A DNA stretch of 32,000 nt from Candidatus Saccharimonadota bacterium (GCA_004563595.2 CP042461.1:90001-122000); one strand, 5' to 3'. Shown: positions 14,034 to 24,968, numbered from the stretch's first letter. Program-made: numbers and translations. The notes: generated by a model from the letters alone, not told the origin.

Positions 14034-15020
14034 ATGTTTCAAAATAAGATAAATATTACAACCATTTGAGGTTGAACATGAACTTATAATGTTCTCTCTG
14101 GTTTGAGATGAAATGAAAGTTATAATTTAGCGGCTATTGTGACTATGTCTGATAGTGGTTGAAGTACATGAGTGTTAAGAGACGAGTTCTGAGTTCTTCC
14201 ACCTTGAGATATTAGAAGGGCAATTCTTGCTTTGAGTAATGAATCAGATATTTTAAGAAAACTATTTGAATATAGATTTGATAAAAAATCTTCTGTTTCT
14301 GGACATACTGTTTGAAATCTATTGTTGACAGCTTTGGCTGATATAACATGAGATTTTTGAGATGGGATAAAGGAAATAAATAAAATGTTTAAGGTTCAAG
14401 GGAAAGTTATTCCAGTTACTATGGAGCAATCAAACTTATGTGTCAAACTTGAAAATGGACAAGAAGTATGTTGAGAGTCAAATATAGATGTTCCTCTTCA
14501 TGACCCAACCTTGAGAATTATAGAGGCATATTTAGAACCGCAACCTCAAGTAAACCCTGTTGCAAAGAATTCATTAGAAAATTCAGACATTATTGTTGTT
14601 GGTCCTGGAGATCTATACACATCGATTATACCAAATCTTCTTGTTACGTGAGTCAAAGATGCAGTAAAAAATAGTAATGCAAAAGTAGTGTATTTTTGTA
14701 ATATTATGACAAAGCTTTGAGAAACTAATGATTTTGAAGTGTTAGATTTTGTAAATGAGATGGAAAAATATATATGAGAATGAGTTATTGATTACGTTGT
14801 AGTTAATAATGGTTATATCAGTGATGAGATGACTGAGAGATATAAGAAAATAGAATCGAAAAAACCAGTAAAGCTAAAAGATTCTGACAGAGATATAATA
14901 ACTCAGAAGGGTATTCATGTTGTTGAAAGAGATCTTCTTCATGAACAAGACTATGTGAGACATAGCTCAAAGAAAATTGCATCATTTCTTGATGATTTAG
15001 TTGATGGATGGGTAAGATAA
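14034..15020 (+). CDS. YvcK/CofD-family protein (gluconeogenesis factor / 2-phospho-L-lactate-transferase-like, UPF0052)
   Basis: MFQNKINITTI-GGGTG-TYNVLSGLRG; three of the four glycines in this motif are TGA. Also MSDSGGSTGVLRDEFGVLPPGDIRRA and IVVGPGDLYTSIIPNLLV. Starts 16 nt after alaS. Confidence 0.8.
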
Positions 15021-15056
15021 AAAGAGGAAAACATGTATGTTTTCCTCTTTTCTTGT
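15021..15056 (+). terminator. Rho-independent terminator
   Basis: AAAGAGGAAAACAT..ATGTTTTCCTCTTT stem followed by T-rich sequence, directly after the yvcK-like stop. Confidence 0.75.
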
Positions 15057-15121
15057 TTTTATTTTAAAAAATGGTATAATACCTAGTACTTAAATTATGT
15101 TATATCATATAAAACTTCATT

Positions 15122-16078
15122 ATGGAGAACTATGAATCAACATCATCCCAAGAGTTCGCTCACGTTCAAAAAAAACCATGATTTATAAACAATGGTATTG
15201 CTTTTGTCGTTGTATCATATATTGCGGTTGTTTCTACAACTGTTTGAAGTATTATGAAGGGCTCAAATAATGAAGCTTATCAAGTTTCTCCTCAAATAGA
15301 AGAAGTACAATCACAATTTTCAGATAAGTTAGCTGATATGTATCTTAAAAGTGGAATAGGCGTATCTATCCCTCAGGATTTAACTCCTGAAATTATCTTT
15401 GTATCTGATCCTAGTCTTGAAGATGAGTTTTGAAAAGTTGATATTAAAGAACACGGTTCCTATATTGTTCGAGTGGATGGTGAATGAATTGAAAATATCA
15501 TAAAAGAAGAGGAGAGCAGGGGTTTAAAACTTTCAGGAATCTTGGATGTTGAATTAGTAAAATATTATACAGAAATTAATGAAGTATGATCTGCTGTTTA
15601 CCATAATTTCTTTACTGAAGTGATGAATTCGGAGTATGATAGAGAAAAATCAGAGATAGCATGAAATTTAGCTTCTTTTATGTTATTGAGAAATAATATT
15701 GAAAAGGGAAAAGTAACAGACTCTCTTGTTGTTGCTGTATATCTCATGAGTGTTAGATATGGGCGTATAATTTCAGAACAAGACGAAGACTACGCTTTGT
15801 CTTTCCCAAATATATCAAAAAATTTTGAAAAAGCATTTGATAAACCATTAGCAATAGACTCTCTTCAGGTGTTATTGAATACTGTTGCGAGAATCAAAAA
15901 AAATTGAGATCATTCTCATGAATTGAGAGAAATCACAAGTCGATTTATTCAGTTTGTTTGATTGTATGAGCAATCATTTCGTGATATAGTTATGCAGGAT
16001 TTATCAGAATTTCAGAAAAATAGATCTGAACTTAAGCTTGTTAGTTGAGCTTTTGATAATAAAATAAAAAAAATATAG
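15122..16078 (+). CDS. Hypothetical membrane-anchored protein
   Basis: ATG at 15122, in frame with track ORF 15680-15907 through several TGA codons. One N-terminal hydrophobic helix (GFINNGIAFVVVSYIAVVSTTVGSIM). TAG at 16076-16078. No recognisable domain. Confidence 0.6.
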
Positions 16079-16099
16079 GAGCGATATAATCGCTCCTAT
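16075..16099. terminator. Hairpin terminator between convergent genes
   Basis: TAGGAGCGAT-ATA-ATCGCTCCTA, a perfect 10-bp stem. The U-run is present only for the minus-strand transcript. Confidence 0.65.
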
Positions 16100-16105
16100 T
16101 ATGTT

Positions 16106-16327
16106 CTACTTTTTTATTGGTTTCTTACATCCCTCATTTTTAACTTCATCCAGAGAAGGAGGTGTCTTAAGAGGAGAATAACCTTTTTTCTCAGTCGCTA
16201 TAGTTTTGTTTTCCCTAGTTGAAGGGCTCTCAAATATTGTAAAGATTCCAAAAAAGAATGCAGAAAAAGCACCGAGAATGTTTCTTCGTTTTGAGACTTT
16301 CTCATCTTCATCACCTTTTGTTCCCAT
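16106..16327 (-). CDS. Hypothetical small membrane protein (73 aa)
   Basis: Intact ORF ending in TAG. A GGGGGA Shine-Dalgarno-like element lies 4 nt upstream of the ATG. One hydrophobic segment (NILGAFSAFFFGIFTIF). Confidence 0.5.
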   Translation of the reverse strand: MGTKGDEDEKVSKRRNILGAFSAFFFGIFTIFESPSTRENKTIATEKKGYSPLKTPPSLDEVKNEGCKKPIKK

Positions 16328-16438
16328 TTTTTCCCCCAGTTTTTATTTTCGAAAATAAACATTTAGTGTTTATCTTGGTCACAAATACTATATTAAATAT
16401 CTTTTTAGTCAAATATAAAGTCATAGAGGGGTATTTTC

Positions 16439-16627
16439 CTATAAATTATCCAATATATCTTCTAAATTTTTCAGCTCTTCTTTTTCTTTCTCAAGCTCTC
16501 AAGAACTTTCAGCTTTTTTAATCTTTGCATCAGCAATAGCTTGGGCTTTTTTCATCTCTCTCATATACTTCTTAATCTGTGTAGGAGTCATATGAGCATT
16601 TGATCACGGAGGACTAAATTCAGACAT
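16439..16627 (-). CDS. Hypothetical small coiled-coil protein (62 aa)
   Basis: ATG at 16627, 31 nt downstream of recR. 63 codons with two TGA=Gly, ending in TAG at 16439-16441. No clear Shine-Dalgarno site. Confidence 0.4.
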
Positions 16628-16658
16628 AGTATTTAGTATAAAGTTATAATAGTTTTCC

Positions 16659-17267
16659 TTATATTTCTTTTCTTTCTTTCAGTGCATTCATAAGAGTAAT
16701 ATTATCAGCATATTCAATATATCCTGATGATAGTCACCTACTGAGTCGGGTAATCTTTGTTTTATATTTATAACCTCTTTTTTCAACCTCTTCTTTGATA
16801 TAGTTTGTAGTTGCTTCTCATTCAATATTTGGATTTGTAGCGAGAATCAGTTCTATATCTTCATCAGAGTCTTTTATTCTTTCAAAGAGTTTTTCGAAAC
16901 TAAGGTCTGATATAAATACTCAGTTAATAGGTGAGATAGCTCATCATAAGACATGATAGATTCATTTATATCAACCGGATTGTTCAACAGTTAACATGTC
17001 TAAATATTCTTCAACCACAGCAATTGTAGTATGATTTCTTGAGGTTGATTTGCATATATTACAGACCTCTTTTCCACTGTCGGTAAGTCAATTACAGCTA
17101 TTACAAAAATCAATTTTACCTTTTATATTGAGGATATTTTCACTCAAAGTTTCTATAAAGTTTTGGTTTGCATTTAAGAGAAAAAAAGCGAGTTTTGTCG
17201 CTCTATTCTCTCAAATTCAAGGAAGGTATCCTATCGAATTTATAAGTCTTTTTAATGCTTCTGGCAC
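16659..17267 (-). CDS. recR: Recombination protein RecR
   Basis: (GTG)PEALKRLINSIGYLP(G)I(G)ENRATKLAFFLL is the helix-hairpin-helix region. CNSCNGLTD..VCNIC is the Cys4 zinc finger. IAVVEEYLDMLTVEQSGGYKGIYHVLGGAISP and ELILATNPNIEGEATTNY form the Toprim domain. GTG start at 17267; TAA at 16659-16661. Confidence 0.88.
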
Positions 17268-17303
17268 AGTGGAACAATTAGAGTATATTTGGGAAAAATA
17301 CTA

Positions 17304-17341
17304 CCAAAAAAAAGAGATTTTGCAAGTGAAATCTCTTTTTT
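17304..17341 (-). terminator. Rho-independent terminator after the ftsL-like gene
   Basis: AAAGAGATTT-(8 nt)-AAATCTCTTT. On the minus strand it is followed by a run of eight U. Confidence 0.7.
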
Positions 17342-17690
17342 AATAATTATATACATATTTGACTCATTCCTTGATTACTAGATAGTCTGGATCAGTGACT
17401 TTTTCCATATCTTCTAAGTCATCTTCTTGTAAGATGGTAGAAAGGCTTTCCAATTCAGCTATTTTTACGTCTAAGAGTTCTTTTTCTATGAGGAGATTTC
17501 TTTTTTCTATTTCTAGTTGTCTAATGTTGTCTCATTTTGTTGCATTTACATTGAGGATCCAAACATAATAAAGCAGGAGAATTGAAATAAATGACAACAT
17601 AGTAATATATGTCGAGGTAATTGAGAAATTCAATTTTTCTTTATCACTTTTTCTTTTTGAGAAGAAGTTTGATTTCAGGTTATTTGTCAT
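17340..17690 (-). CDS. FtsL-like cell-division protein (single transmembrane helix plus coiled coil)
   Basis: 116 aa. Transmembrane helix ITMLSFISILLLYYVWIL followed by a coiled coil (QLEIEKRNLLIEKELLDVKIAELE). It sits immediately downstream of rsmH, as ftsL does in dcw clusters. Confidence 0.55.
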
Positions 17691-17748
17691 TATTTTTCTT
17701 GAATTCACAGTTTATATATAGTTAATTGTATAATCGGAGGTTTATAGT

Positions 17749-18693
<945 letters not shown>

Positions 18694-18777
18694 TTCTTTT
18701 GGAATTGTTAAAAAAATGTTAATTTTTAATTTTTGATCTCTATTTATAGCAAATCTTACTATTATTTTTATTCTTTT

Positions 18778-18829
18778 TTTGTCTATTGTCAAAACATCTC
18801 TATATAAACAACTAGACAAACTAGACAAA
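18778..18829. repeat. Three copies of TAGACAAA: one inverted and two tandem
   Basis: TTTGTCTA at 18778-18785. CTAGACAAA at 18812-18820 and again at 18821-18829. All lie in the rsmH/sufC divergent intergenic region. Confidence 0.6.
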
Positions 18830-18866
18830 AATAGTTGTGCTATAATAAGCTAAAAGATAAGACTTT

Positions 18867-18881
18867 TTAACAATTTGTTAA
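18867..18881. promoter_or_regulatory. Perfect 7-1-7 palindrome, a candidate operator upstream of sufC
   Basis: TTAACAA-T-TTGTTAA at 18867-18881, about 110 nt upstream of the sufC ATG. A TATAAT box lies at 18906-18911. Confidence 0.4.
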
Positions 18882-18992
18882 CAAAGCAAACGTGTATATT
18901 TTGAGTATAATATTTTTTATTTTTTTAAACTTGATGTTTTTTAAAAGATTACTAAAATGGTAATGTTTTAAAAATAAAATATTGAACTAAAA

Positions 18993-19733
18993 ATGATAGA
19001 GATAAAAAATTTAAAAGTGTGAGTTTGAAAGAAGGAAATTTTGAAATGAATTTCTCTCTCTTTTGAACTTTGAAAGAATTATTGTTTACTTTGAAAAAAT
19101 TGAAGTTGAAAATCAACTCTTTCTTCTTTTCTTATGTGACATCCAAAATATGAACATAACTCTGGTTCAGTTGAAATTGATTGAGTAAACCTTTTGAAAC
19201 TTTCTCCAGAAGAAAGAAGTAACAAAGGTCTCTTTTTATCGTTTCAAAGTGTTCCTGAAATCAAAGGAATTAGACTTGGGGAGTATTTAAGAATTATTTA
19301 CAATATACATTTAAAAAGTAGTTCCCCAGATGTAAAAGATCTTTCACCGTTTGTCTTTAGAAGATTTATAAAGAAACATCTAGAAGAACTTCATATAGAT
19401 GAAGGTTTCTTAGAAAGAGAGCTCAATGTCTGATTCTCATGATGAGAAAAAAGAAAAATTGAAATACTTCAAATGAAGTTGATATGACCAAACTATATAA
19501 TACTTGATGAAATAGATAGTGGACTTGATTTAGATGCATTTAGGGCTGTAGCAGAACTTCTTAAAGAACTGAGTAATGAAAATAATACTCTTATCATTAT
19601 TACTCACTACTTTAAGATTTTAGAGTACATAGATGTTGATACTGTATATGTGATGAAAGGTTGAGAAGTAGTAAAAGAATGAAATATGGAGTTGGCAAAG
19701 AGTATTAGCGAAAGTGGTTTTGAGGGAATATAA
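18993..19733 (+). CDS. sufC: Fe-S cluster assembly ATPase SufC
   Basis: MIEIKNLKV.. with Walker A L(G)KN(G)S(G)KSTL, in which all three glycines are TGA. ABC signature FS(G)GEKRK, Walker B ILDEIDSGLD, H-loop ITHY. TAA at 19731-19733. Confidence 0.92.
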
Positions 19734-19739
19734 AAAAAT

Positions 19740-19767
19740 AAATTGATCAAGAAGTCTTGATCAATTT
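19740..19767 (-). terminator. 12-bp hairpin whose U-run is present only on the minus strand
   Basis: AAATTGATCAAG-AAGT-CTTGATCAATTT. The A-run on the plus-strand 5' side gives a U-run only for the minus-strand transcript of ORF 19788-20018. Confidence 0.55.
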
Positions 19768-19787
19768 ATGGTAAATTATCGGTTAAT

Positions 19788-20018
19788 TTAACTTGCGACA
19801 CTTTGTTTAGAGCTCCTTACAATATTAATTATGTTCTTATAGCTTTTTTTCATAAGTTCATAAGTATTACTTTCAGGGAGTTCTTTGATAACAAAGGAAC
19901 ACAATGCTATAAAGCATATATCAGTTGTTTTTAAGCTGTCGGATTCAGTCATTACAGGAAAACTATTCTTTGTTTCTTGAGGGAGACTTTCCCAGAACTT
20001 TTCTTCTAAAATAACCAT
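19788..20018 (-). CDS. Hypothetical 76-aa protein encoded antisense between sufC and sufB
   Basis: Intact ORF ending in TAA. An AAGGGGA Shine-Dalgarno-like element precedes the ATG at 20018. It contains no glycine, so the genetic code cannot be tested on it. Confidence 0.45.
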   Translation of the reverse strand: MVILEEKFWESLPQETKNSFPVMTESDSLKTTDICFIALCSFVIKELPESNTYELMKKSYKNIINIVRSSKQSVAS

Positions 20019-20087
20019 AATTATCCCCTTTTTTTTATATTGAACGGGTGTATTATAATTAAAAATTTAAAAAGTCAATAAAAAAAT

Positions 20088-21491
20088 ATGTGAACAAAAA
20101 ATCAAAATAATATTTCTGTTTCGGATGCTTGGGAATTCCAGGATGAAATTACCTATTCTGTGGAAGTAGAAGCTGGTATCAACGAAAATGTTGTGAGACA
20201 AATAAGTAAGTCTAATGACGAGCCTGAGTGGATGCTTGAGTTAAGATTGAAAGCTCTCAAGCTCTATGAGGAAAAACCTATGCCAACCTGGTGACCAAAT
20301 TTAGAGAAACTAGATTTAGATTCTATTTATTATTTTGCAAAACCAGAATGAGCTGGAGCGAACAAATCTTGGGATGATGTTCCTGATAATATCAAAGCAA
20401 CCTTTGATAAGCTAGGAATTCCAGAAGCTGAAAAAGCAGCACTTGCTTGAGTATGAGCTCAATATGATAGTGAAGTTGTATATCATTCTTTAAAACAAGA
20501 GCTTACTGATGCTGGAGTTATTTTTGATGATACTTCAATAGCTGTAAATAAATACCCAGAACTCGTAAAAAAATATTTTGCAAAATCTATCCCTTTGGCT
20601 GATCATAAATTTGCAGCACTTCATTATGCTGTATGGAGTGGAGGAACGTTTCTTTATGTTCCGAAATGAGTAAAAATTGATGAACCTTTACAGTCATACT
20701 TTAGAATGAATAAAAAATCAGGTGGTCAATTTGAACATACTATTATTATTATAGAAGATGAGGCATCAGCCCATTATATAGAATGATGTAGTGCTCCAAA
20801 ATATGATGAGAATTCTTTACATGCATGAGGTGTAGAAATATTTGTATGAGAAAATGCTCATATGAGGTATAGTTCAGTGGAAAATTGGAGTTTAGATACT
20901 TTTAATTTGAATACAAAAAGAGCAATTGTAGAAAAAAATGGATATATGGAATGGGTATGAGGAAATATGTGATCAAATACTACGATGTTGTATCCATGTA
21001 CAATACTCAAGTGAGATAATTCAAAAGCAGACCATTTATGACTTGCCTTTGCGAATGCATGACAGAATCAAGATACCTGAGCAAAAGTAATCCATATTTG
21101 AAAAAATACGTCATCAAATATTCTCTCTAAGTGATTGAGTAAATGATGAGGGATTAGTACATATAGATGACTAGTAGACATTAAACCATGAGCTACTGGA
21201 GCTGTCTCAAAAATTGATTGTGATGCTCTATTGCTTGATGATATATCAGTATCTGATACTATTCCAGATATTAGGGTTGCAAATCCAGACGCGACGGTCG
21301 CACATGAGGCTTCAGCTGGAAAGATTAATGAAGAAGATTTATTCTACCTCATGTCTCGTGGAATATCTGAATCAGAGGCTCAAGCTATGATAGTGAACGG
21401 ATTTTTGAGTCCAATTATGAAAGAACTACCACTTGAGTATGCGAGTGAGATGAATGTATTGATTAGTATGGAATTTGAAGGAGGATTTTAG
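20088..21491 (+). CDS. sufB: Fe-S cluster assembly scaffold SufB
   Basis: ATG at 20088, in frame with track ORF 21231-21491. Motifs include [58 protein letters not shown] and a C-terminal [21 protein letters not shown]. About 467 aa. Confidence 0.92.
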
Positions 21492-21507
21492 GGAATAAAA
21501 AAATATA

Positions 21508-21894
21508 ATGTTTAAATTAGATAAAAATACAGTTTTAGATCTTCAGGAAAGAGGGGTTGAGAGAATCAAGATCTTTTTTTATGATGCATGATGCAGTGGA
21601 AGCAAGGTTGATATAAGTGAGGACTTTAAGCTGAATGATGCTTTGGAAAAGTTAGATTTAAACTCAAGTTTTGATGTATATGTTGAGAAGGAAGATAAAG
21701 AGAAGTTTGATGGGGCTATTATAACCAGGACAATTGTCGCGGATCATACGTGAAAGGCAAAGAGTCGTTATATTTTTTCGAATCAAAAGGTGTTAGATAG
21801 ATGTGGATGTGGGACAAGTTTTAGTTTTTCGAAGAAGAAGGTGAAGATAGATTTGGAGAAGTTGAAGATGTTGAAGGAGAATTTTAGGAAGTAA
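21508..21894 (+). CDS. A-type Fe-S carrier (HesB/IscA/SufA family)
   Basis: 128 aa. FFYDA(G)CSGSKVDI plus a C-terminal CGCGTSFS gives the three-Cys A-type carrier signature. Confidence 0.8.
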
Positions 21895-21909
21895 TAAAGG
21901 AAGTGACAA

Positions 21910-21964
21910 GTATCTTACTTTTGTGACCAAAAGTAAGATACGTCTTCAAGGCTTGCGCAGCCTT
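21910..21964 (+). other. Two consecutive stem-loops between the A-type carrier gene and sufD
   Basis: GTATCTTACTTTT-GTGACC-AAAAGTAAGATAC is a perfect 13-bp stem at 21910-21941. AAGGCT-TGCGC-AGCCTT is a 6-bp stem at 21948-21964. Neither strand has a U-run after them. Confidence 0.6.
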
Positions 21965-22000
21965 AAAAATCTGCGATGAATATTGAATTAACATTTATAT

Positions 22001-22675
22001 ATGAATATTAAAAAAAATTGATTTGTGAGATTGTCAGAGGTATCTGATGAAAAAATAATAATTTCTGATGATTTGGAAGTGGTTATTTTTGATGATACTA
22101 AGGATAACAAACAAATACATATTTGAGAGAATGTGAAGCTTGAAGTATATGGAGTGATAGAAGAGAGAGATGATTATTCTATACATTTCATTCAAGAAAA
22201 AGATAACTCAACTCTTGTTGCAAGGTATTTATTACTTTCAAAAAATAATAAGAAAATAAAAGCAAAAATACACTCTGATTTAGAGGCAGATAATACTTCT
22301 TCGGATGTAAAAATTATTTCTATCATATGAAATGATGGTTTTGTTGATCTAGATGGAGTGATACAAATTTGAAGATGAATAAAATGAGTGAGGTGTAAAC
22401 TGGTAGAAGAGAACTTATTTTTGTGATCCACATGAAAAGCAAAATGAATTCCAACATTGCTAGTGAGAAGTGATGATGTCGAGGCAAGTCATGCTTGTAA
22501 AATGGAGAGAATCTCAGATGAAAAACTGTTTTACCTGAGAAGTAGGTGAGTAGGAAAAGAAGATGCGTTATCTTTGATGGTAGAGAGTTATATTGCAGAC
22601 TTATTATGATGACTCAAAGAAAGGAATCTAGACTTATATGACCAACTTGTTTGAGATATAGAAAAACAAATATAA
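22001..22675 (+). CDS. sufD: Short SufD-like protein (SufB/SufD-family C-terminal region only, 224 aa)
   Basis: In frame with track ORF 22133-22330. The C-terminal half reads LLVRSDDVEASHACKMERISDEKLFYLRSRGVGKEDALSLMVESY, which is typical of SufB/D. TAA at 22673-22675. Confidence 0.7.
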
Positions 22676-22735
22676 TATTTGTTTTTTAGATTAAAATATA
22701 TATAAATAGAGTGTTTAAAAATTAATTATAAAACT

Positions 22736-23296
22736 ATGAAAAAAATATTAAGCCTTCTCGTGTCTTGAATCCTATTTGGATCAACTATTACATCTACTTA
22801 TGCAGAATTAATAGAAACTCCAACAGATGAAACTGCAGAAATTATAACAACGGTTGCAGTTGATTCAGAAGATTGAGATGTAACAGCAACAACAAAAACA
22901 GACCTGATCGGTTCAAAAACCTTTTTATATTACTATGGAAATGGGTGTTCTCATTGTGCAAAAGTTGATGCATACTTGAAAGGAGTAAATGCATACGATG
23001 TACTAGATATAGTAAAAAAAGATACATGGGATAGAACAAAGCCTGAAAATAATGAAAGCATGTTAAAAGATGCTGAAAGACTTTGAATTGCAGTTGAGCA
23101 AATAGGGGTACCATTTCTTATTATTACTGAAAATGGAACAGAAACATATTTAACAGGAGATAAATCTATTATTGATTACTTTACTCCAATGTTGTGAGAG
23201 GTTCCTGAAAAAGACTGAACAATAGTTCTTATTATTTTATGACTTCTTGTGGTAGTTATATCAGCTGGGATTATTATATGAGGAAAGAAAAAATAA
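22736..23296 (+). CDS. Secreted or membrane-anchored thioredoxin-like thiol-disulfide oxidoreductase
   Basis: N-terminal signal-like segment MKKILSLLVSGILFGSTITSTYA. CxxC active site YGNGCSHCAK. C-terminal transmembrane anchor IVLIILGLLVVVISAGIII. Confidence 0.7.
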
Positions 23297-23320
23297 ACTT
23301 TATAGATTGTTATTAAAAAT

Positions 23321-24112
23321 ATGATACAAAAAATATTATTTACTTTTGGGTTGAGTGCATTATTGTTTTCTTGAGTGTATGCAGATTCTGAAACGGCTCA
23401 GGCATCGGTCAGTTTTATGGAGAGAATGAAGTTCTTTCTTATTCTTGTTCCTGCAGCTGTGTGAGATAGTATTAATCCATGTGCATTTGCCGTAATGATT
23501 ATATTATTGACTTCAATACTCAAGGAGCAAAAATCAAGATACAAAGTATTACTTGCTTGATTCTTGTTTGTATTAGCAATATTTATCAGTTATACTGCGA
23601 TGTGAATTGGATTATATAGTGCTTTGGCAAGTACAGAAAGAATATTCTACTTAAAATTATTCATCTGAATTATTTGAATTTTAGTCGGGTTGGCAAATCT
23701 CAAGGATTATTTTTGGTATGGAAAAGGTTTTAGAATGGAGGTTCCAACTTCATGGAGACCACTTATGAAAAAACTTTTAAAAAGGGTGGTATCACCAATG
23801 GGGGCTTTCTTTATATGATTCATCATTAGTTTATTTTTACTTCCATGTACTTCGGGTCCATATTTCGTAGTTCTTGGATACTTGGCTGCTGAAAGTGCTG
23901 ATATCAATATGTGGGGGTATATGTATATTATTATTTATAATATAATCTTCATAATTCCAATGGTTATCATTGCTATTATGATAGCATTTAAATATAAATG
24001 AGCTGATGAGTTAGAAGAACTTAAAGAATTGAACGTAGAAAAGATGCATTTAATAACATGAATTATTATGTTAGCTCTCGGATTCTATATTTTATCAGAT
24101 ATTTTAATATAA
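23321..24112 (+). CDS. ccdA: CcdA/DsbD-family transmembrane thiol-disulfide electron transporter
   Basis: Polytopic membrane protein carrying the two family Cys motifs, DSINPCAF and LLPCTSGPY. 263 aa. Confidence 0.75.
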
Positions 24113-24115
24113 TAT

Positions 24116-24511
24116 ATGTATAACGAAACAATAACGTTTTATTCAAAGACTCCACCAAATAAATGAGAATTAACAAATTATAGTGTAAAATATTATGAAG
24201 ATAATAGTATATGTGGAGATGATTTGGATGTATATCTAAAAATAGAAGATAACAGGATCATAGATTTTAGTTTCATGTGAGATACAGCTATTATCACTAC
24301 AGCATGTGCTTCAATATTTTGAGAGAGCATTATAGATGTTTGATTAAATGATGTGCTTAGGATGGATTATAATACGATTGAGGAGCTTATATGAATGCCA
24401 GTTTCTCCTAGAAGGAAACAAGCTTCTGTACTCGGTTTATTAACTACAAGAAATGCTATTCATGATTACCTACAAGATGGGATAAAAGATGATTTTGATG
24501 ATGTGATGTAA
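24116..24511 (+). CDS. sufU: SufU/IscU (NifU N-terminal domain) Fe-S scaffold-like protein
   Basis: 131 aa. SICGDDLDVYLKIEDNRIIDFSFMGDTAIITTACASIF and PRRKQASVLGLL show Cys/Asp ligand spacing typical of SufU. Confidence 0.75.
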
Positions 24512-24528
24512 AATATAACTATAATACT

Positions 24529-24921
24529 ATGCTGAAACTTTCAAAAAAGTGATGATATGCGATGAAAGCTATGACTTTTATTGCGAAGTCTGAGAAACTT
24601 GTACATGTGTCTGATGTTGCAAGTGCTGAATCTATTTCTGAGTCGCTTTTGAGGAGAATTATTTCTGATCTTGAAAAAGGGGGTTTAGTTGAGACTATAA
24701 AATGAAGGAATGGTTGAGTAAAGTTATGAAAAGAAATTCAGAAAATTACAGTATACGATATTTTATATAGTGTAGGTGAAGAGCTTGGATTAACTGAATG
24801 TACGAAAGGTGAATATTGTGATAGAACAGCTATATGTTCTACCACAGAATTTCTTGGGAAGCTTCAAACATGATTTAATAGTTTGCTCAAAATGTATACT
24901 CTTGATAAAATAATCAAATAA
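24529..24921 (+). CDS. Rrf2-family transcriptional regulator (IscR/SufR-like) with Cys-x5-Cys-x5-Cys
   Basis: MLKLSKKGGYAMKAMTFIA is the Rrf2 N-terminal helix-turn-helix region. CTKGEYCDRTAIC is a Cx5Cx5C cluster-ligand motif. Confidence 0.8.
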
Positions 24922-24952
24922 AAAAGAACTTTTCATTGAAAAGTTCTTTTTT
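24921..24952. terminator. Bidirectional terminator between the suf operon and rplA
   Basis: AAAAGAACTTTT-CATTG-AAAAGTTCTTTT, a 12-bp stem flanked by A and T runs. Confidence 0.75.
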
Positions 24953-24968
24953 ATTTGATAGAAAAATA

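Noticed and set aside
16258-17343. Plus-strand ORFs 16258-16521 and 17050-17343.
   Set aside because: They are antisense to the small minus-strand genes and to recR. The recR frame gives the Cys4 zinc finger and Toprim motifs.
22192-23907. Minus-strand ORFs 22192-22431, 22842-23114 and 23707-23907.
   Set aside because: They are antisense shadows of sufD, the thioredoxin-like gene and ccdA. Each of those has diagnostic motifs on the plus strand.
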